From assembly GCF_000009605.1 (NCBI RefSeq), contig NC_002253.1:1-7786 (forward strand): a stretch of DNA of 7,786 nucleotides, in the 5' to 3' direction. This stretch comes from Buchnera aphidicola str. APS (Acyrthosiphon pisum). GTDB lineage: Bacteria > Pseudomonadota > Gammaproteobacteria > Enterobacterales > Enterobacteriaceae. Below the pieces are notes generated by a model that was given only the letters and a program-made list of their open reading frames with translations, made no database searches and was not told the DNA's origin. The translations under genes and the position numbers were made by a program. Of this stretch, positions 1 to 7,162 are shown piece by piece. How positions within the stretch are numbered: the first letter of the stretch is position 1; every line of letters begins with the position of its first letter.

Positions 1-16
1 ATGTAATTATTTTTTT

Positions 17-65
17 AAAAAAATAGCGAAGTTTTTAGAAATAAAAAACTTCGCTATTTTTTTTT
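17..65 (+). terminator. Rho-independent terminator, probably for the leuABCD transcript (reached across the 7786/1 junction of a circular molecule)
   Basis: Perfect 20-bp inverted repeat aaaaaaatagcgaagttttt (17-36) / aaaaacttcgctattttttt (44-63), 7-nt loop, GC-containing core (tagcgaag/cttcgcta), followed by a T-run (57-65). It begins 17 nt after the leuD stop if the sequence is circular. The minus strand also ends in T7, so it could work bidirectionally. Confidence 0.85.
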
Positions 66-122
66 AATTTAACAAGTATGTTTTTATTTATTTTTTTATA
101 TAAGTTTTAAGAATGTTATTTT

Positions 123-173
123 GCATTTATTTATATAAGAAGCATTTATTAAAAAAAACAGTATGCATTTATT
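123..173 (+). repeat. Three copies of gcatttatt (two extended to tgcatttatttat)
   Basis: Copies at 123-131, 142-150 and 165-173; 13-nt versions at 122-134 and 164-176. Spacings of 19 and 23 nt are irregular and the base composition is AT-rich, so significance is uncertain. Confidence 0.4.
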
Positions 174-228
174 TATTTTTTCAATAAAAAAATGTGATTC
201 TAATGTTTTTTTTTATTGAAAAAATAAA
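172..228. repeat. Perfect inverted repeat (21-bp arms, 15-nt loop) in the convergent leuD/repA intergenic region
   Basis: Arms 172-192 (tttattttttcaataaaaaaa) and 208-228 (tttttttattgaaaaaataaa) are exact reverse complements; loop tgtgattctaatgtt (193-207). Confidence 0.8.
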
Positions 229-345
229 ATAAGATGTTTTATGATAAAAAAAAAGGGGGGGAGATAATTTTACAGTGGATTTAAGAAACAAAAAATATGC
301 GAATAAACGCATGCCTTTAAGAAAGAATAAATTTAAATAAAAATT

Positions 346-1245
346 TTAATTATCAGGATAAGTGTTTGTAGCTATCTTGCGTAAATAATAATAGCTTATA
401 TTAACTTGTTTCTTTAATCCATTAGGCCCTAATTTAGTTAATTCAGTAATAGAGTATTTGGCTACTAACGCTCGAAGAATAGTTTGTCTGGCTTCTTTCT
501 CATCTAATGAAATCAAGCGTTGTGCATTTCTCTTTTTTTTATAAAAAGCATGCTTAGAAATTCTATATTGAAAAATATTTTTAATTTGAGTATCTTTAGA
601 ACGTCTTTTAGCATCAATCATGGTTATTGGTTTAAAACCTTTACTAATGAGATTTTTATTGATCCACCCTAATTGTTGTTTCTTAGCATCCATTAATTTT
701 TTTTCAGAAACACCAAAGAGCATAAAAAACAATGGGGTTAATGTGATCATTTTGGGCATATAATTGCCTAATATTTTATCCCATGTTTTTTTGCAAGTAA
801 CAAAACCCATAGGTTCCATAAAATTAGTAATTAATCTAGAAGCACGAGTAATAGATTTATTACCTGCTTTAGACAAGGTAGACAAACCACATTCATCAGA
901 TAATTGTTCAACTGATGCTTGAACCAAATCAGAAGAAATATTAAAATGGTAAAGCATAGCTAAAACCATGGCTCTCATAGCACATGCTCGGTGTTCATTT
1001 AATCTTCTAAATCTTTTTACGGGAAAACCAATTTTAATATTTTTGATCTGTAAAATATAATTTAGTTCGCATCGAGCTACATCTATTTCTGATGCTCTTT
1101 TCATTGCATAACAAATAAAAGATGGCCTACGTTTATTATTTTTAGGTGGTGTAAAAAATGGATTGGGATTATTTATATAGCATTTTCTTATTATCATAAC
1201 ATGATACTTAAAATAGTAAGTGGGTTCATTTTTTATATATTTCAA
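346..1245 (-). CDS. repA2: Plasmid replication initiation protein, RepA family (IncFII-like); probably the copy called repA2 in Buchnera leucine plasmids
   Basis: Open frame of 299 aa whose first codon at 1245 is TTG. The first in-frame ATG is at 1197..1195 (M17), giving a 283-aa product that still contains the N-terminal NNPNPFFTP motif resembling the KNPNPVFTP motif of enterobacterial IncFII RepA. It also has a conserved [20 protein letters not shown] block. Clear paralogue of the 2132..2893 product. The repA1/repA2 numbering is from memory. Confidence 0.9.
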   Translation of the reverse strand: MKYIKNEPTYYFKYHVMIIRKCYINNPNPFFTPPKNNKRRPSFICYAMKRASEIDVARCELNYILQIKNIKIGFPVKRFRRLNEHRACAMRAMVLAMLYHFNISSDLVQASVEQLSDECGLSTLSKAGNKSITRASRLITNFMEPMGFVTCKKTWDKILGNYMPKMITLTPLFFMLFGVSEKKLMDAKKQQLGWINKNLISKGFKPITMIDAKRRSKDTQIKNIFQYRISKHAFYKKKRNAQRLISLDEKEARQTILRALVAKYSITELTKLGPNGLKKQVNISYYYLRKIATNTYPDN

Positions 1246-1513
1246 ATATATAAAATTTTATTTTTATTCTTTCAATAATTAAATTTTTTTATATTTAAGA
1301 ATATATACTTTACTTTTATTTTTTTTTATGAATAAATATAATTTATAAAAAATAAATATATTTTTAACATACATTTTGATTATTTTCAACGATAACTTAC
1401 TAAAACTTAAAAGTTTTATCTTAACTTTCTTAAATTAAATAAAATATATTTATAAATTCAATCTATATCAAAAACAATATTTTTTATTAACAATTACTAT
1501 TCAGGTTAAAAAA

Positions 1514-2017
1514 ATGGAAAAAATTATTGAAAAAAGTATATATGCCTCTCGTTGGTTAATGTTTCCTGTATATGTAGGTTTATCGTTTGGTTTTATTTTA
1601 TTAACATTGAAATTTTTCCAACAAATTGTATTTATCATGCCAGATATTGTGGCTATGTCAGAATCAGGTTTAGTGTTAGTTGTTTTGTCATTAATTGATA
1701 TTGCATTAGTAGGTGGTCTATTAGTTATGGTTATGTTTTCTGGATATGAAAATTTTATTTCTAAAATGGATATACAAGATAATCAGAAAAGATTAGGGTG
1801 GATGGGAACAATGGATGTTAATTCAATAAAAAACAAAGTAGCATCTTCAATAGTTGCTATATCTTCTGTTCATCTTTTACGTCTTTTTATGGAAGCAGAA
1901 AAAATATTAGATGATAAAATTATGTTATGTGTTATTATTCATTTAACTTTTGTATTATCGGCTTTTGGAATGGCATATATTGATAAAATGAGCAAAAAAA
2001 AACATATCCTTCATTAG
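1514..2017 (+). CDS. yqhA: YqhA / UPF0114 family predicted inner-membrane protein
   Basis: 167-aa ORF with ATG start and AGG 8 nt upstream (1503-1505). Hydrophobic segments and the [27 protein letters not shown]...[20 protein letters not shown] pattern match the UPF0114/YqhA family from memory; it is the usual companion ORF on these plasmids. Confidence 0.87.
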
Positions 2018-2131
2018 TTTTTGTTTAAAAAAAATTTATTTTTTTTTAAAAAAACTAATATAAAAGTATATTGTTCAATATATGATTTATCAAAAACTCT
2101 TCTTTTAAAAAAATATTTTACTTTTAATTAA

Positions 2132-2893
2132 GTGTATTTAGTGCCTAGAAAAAATTATATATATAATCTAAAACCATTTTTTAATCCATCTAAAAATGAA
2201 AGAAAAAAATCTACATTTATTTGTTATGCAATGAAAAAAGTATCAGAAATAGACGTTGCTAGAAGTCATTTAAATCGTGCATTATTACCAATAGATCCTA
2301 AAACTGGTAATGTTTTGCCTCGATTCAGACGATTAAATAAACATCGAGCATGTGCTATGAGAGCTATAGTACCTGCTATGTTGTATTATTTTAATATTAA
2401 TTCTAAATTAGTCGAAGCTTCTATTGAAAAATTAGCAGATGAATGTGGATTATCTACTTTATCAGATTCTGGTAATAAATCCATCACTCGCGCTTCTCGT
2501 TTAATAAGTGAGTTTTTGGAACCAATGGGTTTTGTTAAATGTAAAAAAATAAATAGTAAATCAATGAGTAATTATATACCTAAAAAAATTTTTTTAACTC
2601 CCATGTTTTTTATGTTATGTGGTATTTCACCATCAGAAATAAATCATTTTTTATCAAAAAAAATAAAACCATTAAAAAAATTAAAAAAACAAGAAAAAAG
2701 TGCATTTATTTCTTTTACAGATATGAAGATTATATCGCAATTAGATGAAAGATCAGCTAGAACAAAAATTTTAAATGCTTTAATTAATTATTACACGGCT
2801 AGTGAATTAACAAAAATAGGTCCGAAGGGTTTAAAAAAAAAGATAGATATTGAATATAGTAATTTATGTAATTTATATAAAAAAAAATCATAA
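2132..2893 (+). CDS. repA1: Plasmid replication initiation protein, RepA family (IncFII-like); probably the copy called repA1
   Basis: 253-aa ORF sharing long motifs with the minus-strand RepA: [15 protein letters not shown], [22 protein letters not shown], EPMGFVxCKK, ELTKxGPxGLKK. The reported start is GTG at 2132; a second in-frame GTG lies at 2141. No ATG lies before the conserved N-terminal region. Confidence 0.9.
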   Translation: MYLVPRKNYIYNLKPFFNPSKNERKKSTFICYAMKKVSEIDVARSHLNRALLPIDPKTGNVLPRFRRLNKHRACAMRAIVPAMLYYFNINSKLVEASIEKLADECGLSTLSDSGNKSITRASRLISEFLEPMGFVKCKKINSKSMSNYIPKKIFLTPMFFMLCGISPSEINHFLSKKIKPLKKLKKQEKSAFISFTDMKIISQLDERSARTKILNALINYYTASELTKIGPKGLKKKIDIEYSNLCNLYKKKS

Positions 2894-2988
2894 AATAAAT
2901 TTATACAATAAAAATTTCATAAGACATCATATACAAAATTATTTTGTATATGATGTCTTATGAAATTTTTATTGTATAAATTTATTTT
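2892..2988. repeat. Long perfect palindrome between repA1 and leuA
   Basis: Left arm 2892-2939 and right arm 2941-2988 are exact 48-nt reverse complements around a single centre base (T2940): aaaataaatttatacaataaaaatttcataagacatcatatacaaaat / attttgtatatgatgtcttatgaaatttttattgtataaatttatttt. I verified the pairing base by base. Confidence 0.97.
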
Positions 2989-3031
2989 TATCCAATAAAA
3001 CATTCCATTACCTTAATTTGGAAAAATTTTT

Positions 3032-4591
3032 ATGAAATCTAAAGTTGTTATTTTTGATACCACGCTACGCGATGGAGAACAAGCATTACAAGCAAGTCTT
3101 AGTGTTAAAGAAAAGTTACAAATTGCACTATCTTTAGAAAAATGTGGGATAGACATTTTAGAAATAGGATTTCCTGTTTCATCACCCGGAGATTTTAAAT
3201 CAGTTCAAACTATATCTAAAAATATTAAAAATAGTCGAATATGTAGTTTAGCTCGTTGTATAGAAAAAGACATCGATGCAGCCGGAGAAGCTATGTCTTC
3301 ATCTGATTCTTTTCGAATTCATATTTTTTTAGCTACTTCAACACTTCATATGGAATCTAAATTAAAGAAAAATTTTAACGAAATAATAGATATGGCTGTT
3401 TTTTCAGTAAAAAAAGCTTTACGTTATACTGATGATATTGAATTTTCTTGTGAAGATGCTACTAGAACTACAATGGATAATTTATGTCGTATTGTAGAAA
3501 CATTAATTAAATCAGGTGTGAAAACAATTAATATCCCCGATACAGTAGGATATACTGTACCCAACGAATTATCTTGTATAATAAAAAATTTGTTTGAAAG
3601 AGTACCTAACATTCATAAATCTATAATTTCAGTTCATTGTCATGACGATTTAGGCATGGCTGTGGGAAATTCAATATCAGCTATACAGGCAGGTGCTAGA
3701 CAAATAGAAGGGACTATAAACGGAATTGGCGAAAGAGCTGGTAATACAGCATTAGAAGAAATAATTATGGCTATAAAAGTAAGAGAAGATATCTTAAGTG
3801 TTTCCACTAATATTAATTATAAAGAAATTTATCGAACTAGTAAAATTGTTAGTCAGATTTGTAATATGCCAATTCCATCTAATAAAGCTATAGTAGGTAG
3901 TAATGCGTTTGCACATTCTTCAGGTATCCACCAAGATGGTGTATTAAAAAATAGAAAAAATTATGAAATTATGGAACCAAGTAGTATTGGTTTAAAAGAA
4001 GTAAAACTTAACTTAACCTCTCGTTCTGGAAGAGCAGCAGTAAAACATTATATGGATGAAATGGGTTATAATAATAGTGATTATAATATAGATGAACTTT
4101 ATACTGCTTTTTTAAAGTTAGCAGATAAAAAAGGTCAGGTTTTTGACTATGATTTAGAAGCATTAGCTTTTATTAATAAACAACAAGATGAATGGGAATA
4201 CTTTTCTTTGAAATTTTTCAGTGTGCAGTCTATTTCTAATAGTTTATCTACTGCATCAGTAAAATTATTATGTGGCAAAAAAACATACACAGAATCTTCT
4301 ACTACAAGCAATGGACCAGTTGATGCTATTTACCAAGCATTAAATAGAATTGCATGTTTTCCTATTATATTACAAAAATTTCAACTTGTAGCTAAGGGGA
4401 AGGGTAAAGATGCGTTAGGTCAAGTAGATATCTTAGTTGAACATAAAAAAAGGAAGTTTCATGGAGTGGGTTTGGCTACTGATATTATTGAAGCATCAGC
4501 TCAAGCAATGATCAATGTACTAAATAACATATGGAAAGCAAAACAAGTTAACAAAAAATTAAAAATTTTAAAAGATTTTAAAAAAAAATAA
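3032..4591 (+). CDS. leuA: 2-isopropylmalate synthase
   Basis: 519-aa ORF, ATG start, full-length match to enterobacterial LeuA from memory ([72 protein letters not shown]). Confidence 0.98.
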   Translation: MKSKVVIFDTTLRDGEQALQASLSVKEKLQIALSLEKCGIDILEIGFPVSSPGDFKSVQTISKNIKNSRICSLARCIEKDIDAAGEAMSSSDSFRIHIFLATSTLHMESKLKKNFNEIIDMAVFSVKKALRYTDDIEFSCEDATRTTMDNLCRIVETLIKSGVKTINIPDTVGYTVPNELSCIIKNLFERVPNIHKSIISVHCHDDLGMAVGNSISAIQAGARQIEGTINGIGERAGNTALEEIIMAIKVREDILSVSTNINYKEIYRTSKIVSQICNMPIPSNKAIVGSNAFAHSSGIHQDGVLKNRKNYEIMEPSSIGLKEVKLNLTSRSGRAAVKHYMDEMGYNNSDYNIDELYTAFLKLADKKGQVFDYDLEALAFINKQQDEWEYFSLKFFSVQSISNSLSTASVKLLCGKKTYTESSTTSNGPVDAIYQALNRIACFPIILQKFQLVAKGKGKDALGQVDILVEHKKRKFHGVGLATDIIEASAQAMINVLNNIWKAKQVNKKLKILKDFKKK

Positions 4592-4651
4592 TACATCTAG
4601 ATATAGAAATATAATATTTTTTGTTGATTTTTATTAAAGAGAAAAATTTTT

Positions 4652-5743
4652 ATGAAAAAAAATTATCGTATCGCTGTATTATCTGGTGATGGAATAGGTC
4701 CTGAAGTCATGCAAGAAGCATGTAAAATTTTAAATGTTTTAAAAAAATATTTTTTTCTATCTTTAGAAATACAAAAATTTAATATTGGTGGTATAGCTAT
4801 TGAACGTGAAGGTGTTGCTTTGCCAAAAACTACATTGCTAGGATGTGAAAATTCTGATTCAATTTTATTAGGTTCTGTAGGTGGTAAGAAGTGGGATAAC
4901 CTTCCAGTAGAACAACGTCCTGAAAGAGCCGCTTTATTGCCTTTAAGAAAACACTTTAATCTTTTTTCTAATTTAAGACCAGCAAAATTATATCCAGAAC
5001 TAAAATGTTTATCACCTCTTCGTTCAGATATTGTAAAAAATGGTTTTGATATATTATGTGTAAGAGAATTAACAGGTGGAATTTATTTTGGTGAACCTAA
5101 AGGTTTTGTAAATAAAAACAATACTAAATATGCTTTTGATACAGAAATTTATCATGAGTATGAAATTATCCGTATTGCTCATTTAGCTTTTAAATTGGCA
5201 CGATCTAGGAAGAAGAAAGTTTGTTCTATAGATAAATCAAATGTTCTTCAAAGTTCTATTTTATGGAGAGAAGTAGTTGAAAGTGTTTCTAAAAAATACC
5301 CAGATGTTCATTTATCTCATTTATATATTGATAATGCTGCTATGCAAATAATTAAAGATCCTAATCAGTTTGATGTATTATTATGCTCAAATCTTTTTGG
5401 AGATATTATTTCTGATGAATGTGCTACAATTACAGGTTCAATTGGGATGTTACCATCAGCAAGTTTTAATGAAAAAAATTTTGGATTATATGAGCCGGCA
5501 GGCGGATCAGCACCTGATATTGAAGGTAAAAATATTGCTAATCCGATTGCTCAAATACTTTCACTTTCTATGTTAGTTAGATATGGCATGAATTTAAATC
5601 AGATAGCAGATAAAATTGATAAAGCTGTTAATAATGTATTAAAAAAAGGTTATAGAACTTCAGATATATCTCATGATAATAATTTTTTAAAAACAGATGA
5701 AATGGGTGATCTTATTGTTGATTCTTTAATTAATGGTGAATGA
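4652..5743 (+). CDS. leuB: 3-isopropylmalate dehydrogenase
   Basis: 363-aa ORF; motifs [86 protein letters not shown]-like ribosome-binding sequence upstream. Confidence 0.98.
5735..5739 (+). promoter_or_regulatory. Shine-Dalgarno-like site (GGTGA) for leuC inside the end of leuB
   Basis: GGTGA located 5 nt before ATG 5745, inside the 9-mer taatggtga. Confidence 0.5.
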
Positions 5744-5744
5744 C

Positions 5745-7160
5745 ATGAAGAAAACATTATACGATAAAATATATGATTCACATATTGTTTATGAAGAGAA
5801 AAATAATACATCTCTTTTATATATAGATTTACATTTACTTCATGAGGTTACATCACCTCAAGCCTTTGATTCATTACGAGATAAAAATCGAAAGGTTAGA
5901 CAGCCTAAAAAAACTTTTGCTACAATGGATCATAATGTTTCGACAACTAGTCAAGATATTAATGCTTCAGGTTCTATGGCAAAGGTACAAATGCAAGAAT
6001 TAATTAAAAATTGTTCCGAGTTTAATATATCATTATATGATATAAAAAATCCTAATCAAGGGATTGTTCATGTTATTAGTCCTGAGAAAGGGATGACTTT
6101 GCCGGGTATGACTATTGTATGTGGTGACTCACATACATCGACGCATGGTGCATTTGGAGCATTATCTTTTGGTATTGGTACTTCAGAAGTTGAACATGTT
6201 CTTGCAACTCAAACATTAAAACAACAGCGTTTTAAAAATATGAAAATAGAAATTACAGGAGAAATTCAAAAATTTGTCACTGCTAAAGATTTGATTTTGT
6301 TTATTATTGGAAAATTAGGATCATCTGGAGGTGCAGGATATATAATTGAATTTTGTGGTAATGTAATTGAAAAAATGAGCATGGAAGAAAGAATGACAAT
6401 TTGTAATATGGCAATTGAAATAGGTGCAAAGTCAGGTTTGATAGCACCAGATGAAGTGACATTTTCTTATCTGAAAAATAAAATGTATGCACCACGTGGT
6501 GTTTTTTGGAAAAAAGCATTAAATTTTTGGAAGAATTTGAAATCTGATAAAAATGCTTTTTTTGATAAAGTTGTGAATATAAATATTTCTGATCTCTCGC
6601 CACAAATTACCTGGGGGACAAATCCTGATCAGGTGATCTCAATCGATCAAAAAATACCTGATTTTAGTAGTTTTGATAATTTAATAAAGAAAGATTTAGC
6701 GAAATCTGCATGTAAATATATGGGTTTAAAAATAGGTACTTATTTAACTAATATTACTGTTGATAAAGTTTTTATTGGATCTTGTACTAATGGAAGAATA
6801 GAAGATTTAAGAGCTGCCTCAAAGATACTTAAAGATAAAAAAATTGCTAATAATGTTAAAGCTATTGTTGTTCCTGGATCAGGTTCAGTTAAGAGAGAAG
6901 CTGAAAATGAAGGTTTAGATAAAATATTTATTAGTGCAGGATTCGAATGGCGTTTACCTGGTTGTTCTATGTGTTTAGGTATGAATAAAGATAGATTAAA
7001 TGATGGTGAACGTTGTGCGTCTACTAGCAATCGAAATTTTGAGGGTCGCCAGGGGAGAGGGGGGCGAACACATTTAGTAAGTCCTATTATGGCGGCTGCA
7101 GCTGCTGTATACGGTAAATTTGTTGATGTTAGAAAATTATATAATGGTGAGAATAATTAA
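5745..7160 (+). CDS. leuC: 3-isopropylmalate dehydratase large subunit
   Basis: Matches enterobacterial LeuC from [17 protein letters not shown] onward; Fe-S cluster motifs [11 protein letters not shown] and [10 protein letters not shown]; [15 protein letters not shown]. The ORF track starts at the ATG at 5733 (overlapping leuB). The ATG at 5745 is preferred: homology starts there and GGTGA (5735-5739) sits at good SD spacing. Confidence 0.96.
   Translation: MKKTLYDKIYDSHIVYEEKNNTSLLYIDLHLLHEVTSPQAFDSLRDKNRKVRQPKKTFATMDHNVSTTSQDINASGSMAKVQMQELIKNCSEFNISLYDIKNPNQGIVHVISPEKGMTLPGMTIVCGDSHTSTHGAFGALSFGIGTSEVEHVLATQTLKQQRFKNMKIEITGEIQKFVTAKDLILFIIGKLGSSGGAGYIIEFCGNVIEKMSMEERMTICNMAIEIGAKSGLIAPDEVTFSYLKNKMYAPRGVFWKKALNFWKNLKSDKNAFFDKVVNINISDLSPQITWGTNPDQVISIDQKIPDFSSFDNLIKKDLAKSACKYMGLKIGTYLTNITVDKVFIGSCTNGRIEDLRAASKILKDKKIANNVKAIVVPGSGSVKREAENEGLDKIFISAGFEWRLPGCSMCLGMNKDRLNDGERCASTSNRNFEGRQGRGGRTHLVSPIMAAAAAVYGKFVDVRKLYNGENN
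7146..7151 (+). promoter_or_regulatory. Shine-Dalgarno-like site (GGTGAG) for leuD inside the end of leuC
   Basis: GGTGAG, 11 nt before ATG 7163; same 9-mer taatggtga (7142-7150) as before leuC. Confidence 0.4.
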
Positions 7161-7162
7161 AT

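Noticed and set aside
123-176. CRISPR-like or iteron array from gcatttatt repeats
   Set aside because: Only three short copies with unequal spacing and no cas genes; IncFII-type RepA replicons are not iteron-based. Kept only as a low-confidence repeat.
2013-2059. Terminator after yqhA: attagttttt (2013-2022) / aaaaactaat (2050-2059)
   Set aside because: 10-bp stem but 27-nt loop, no GC core and no following T-run; too weak to call.
2067-2082. Small dyad tatattg-tt-caatata upstream of repA1
   Set aside because: Only 7-bp arms in very AT-rich DNA; possible operator but not distinguishable from chance.
2018-2131. Classical IncFII copA/copT-tap control region upstream of repA1
   Set aside because: No GC-containing antisense-RNA stem-loop or recognisable leader peptide could be found; cannot be supported from sequence.
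2430-2450. DnaA-box-like tgtggatta
   Set aside because: Lies within the coding sequence of repA1 at the conserved ECGLST motif; one mismatch and explained by protein coding.
3424-3612. Minus-strand 62-aa ORF inside leuA
   Set aside because: Fully antisense to a well-conserved gene, no family resemblance or SD; chance ORF.
5370-5576. Plus-strand 68-aa ORF inside leuB
   Set aside because: Overlaps the conserved LeuB frame in another frame; low-complexity translation; chance ORF.
5733-5744. leuC start at 5733 (MVND extension)
   Set aside because: Homology to LeuC begins at MKKTLYDK (5745), and the putative SD GGTGA would lie over the 5733 start.
6304-6603. Minus-strand 99-aa ORF inside leuC
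   Set aside because: Antisense to LeuC, residue composition typical of antisense AT-rich DNA, no recognisable domain.
6740-7030. Minus-strand 96-aa ORF inside leuC
   Set aside because: Antisense to the conserved Fe-S motif region; open frame explained by codon constraint on the sense strand.
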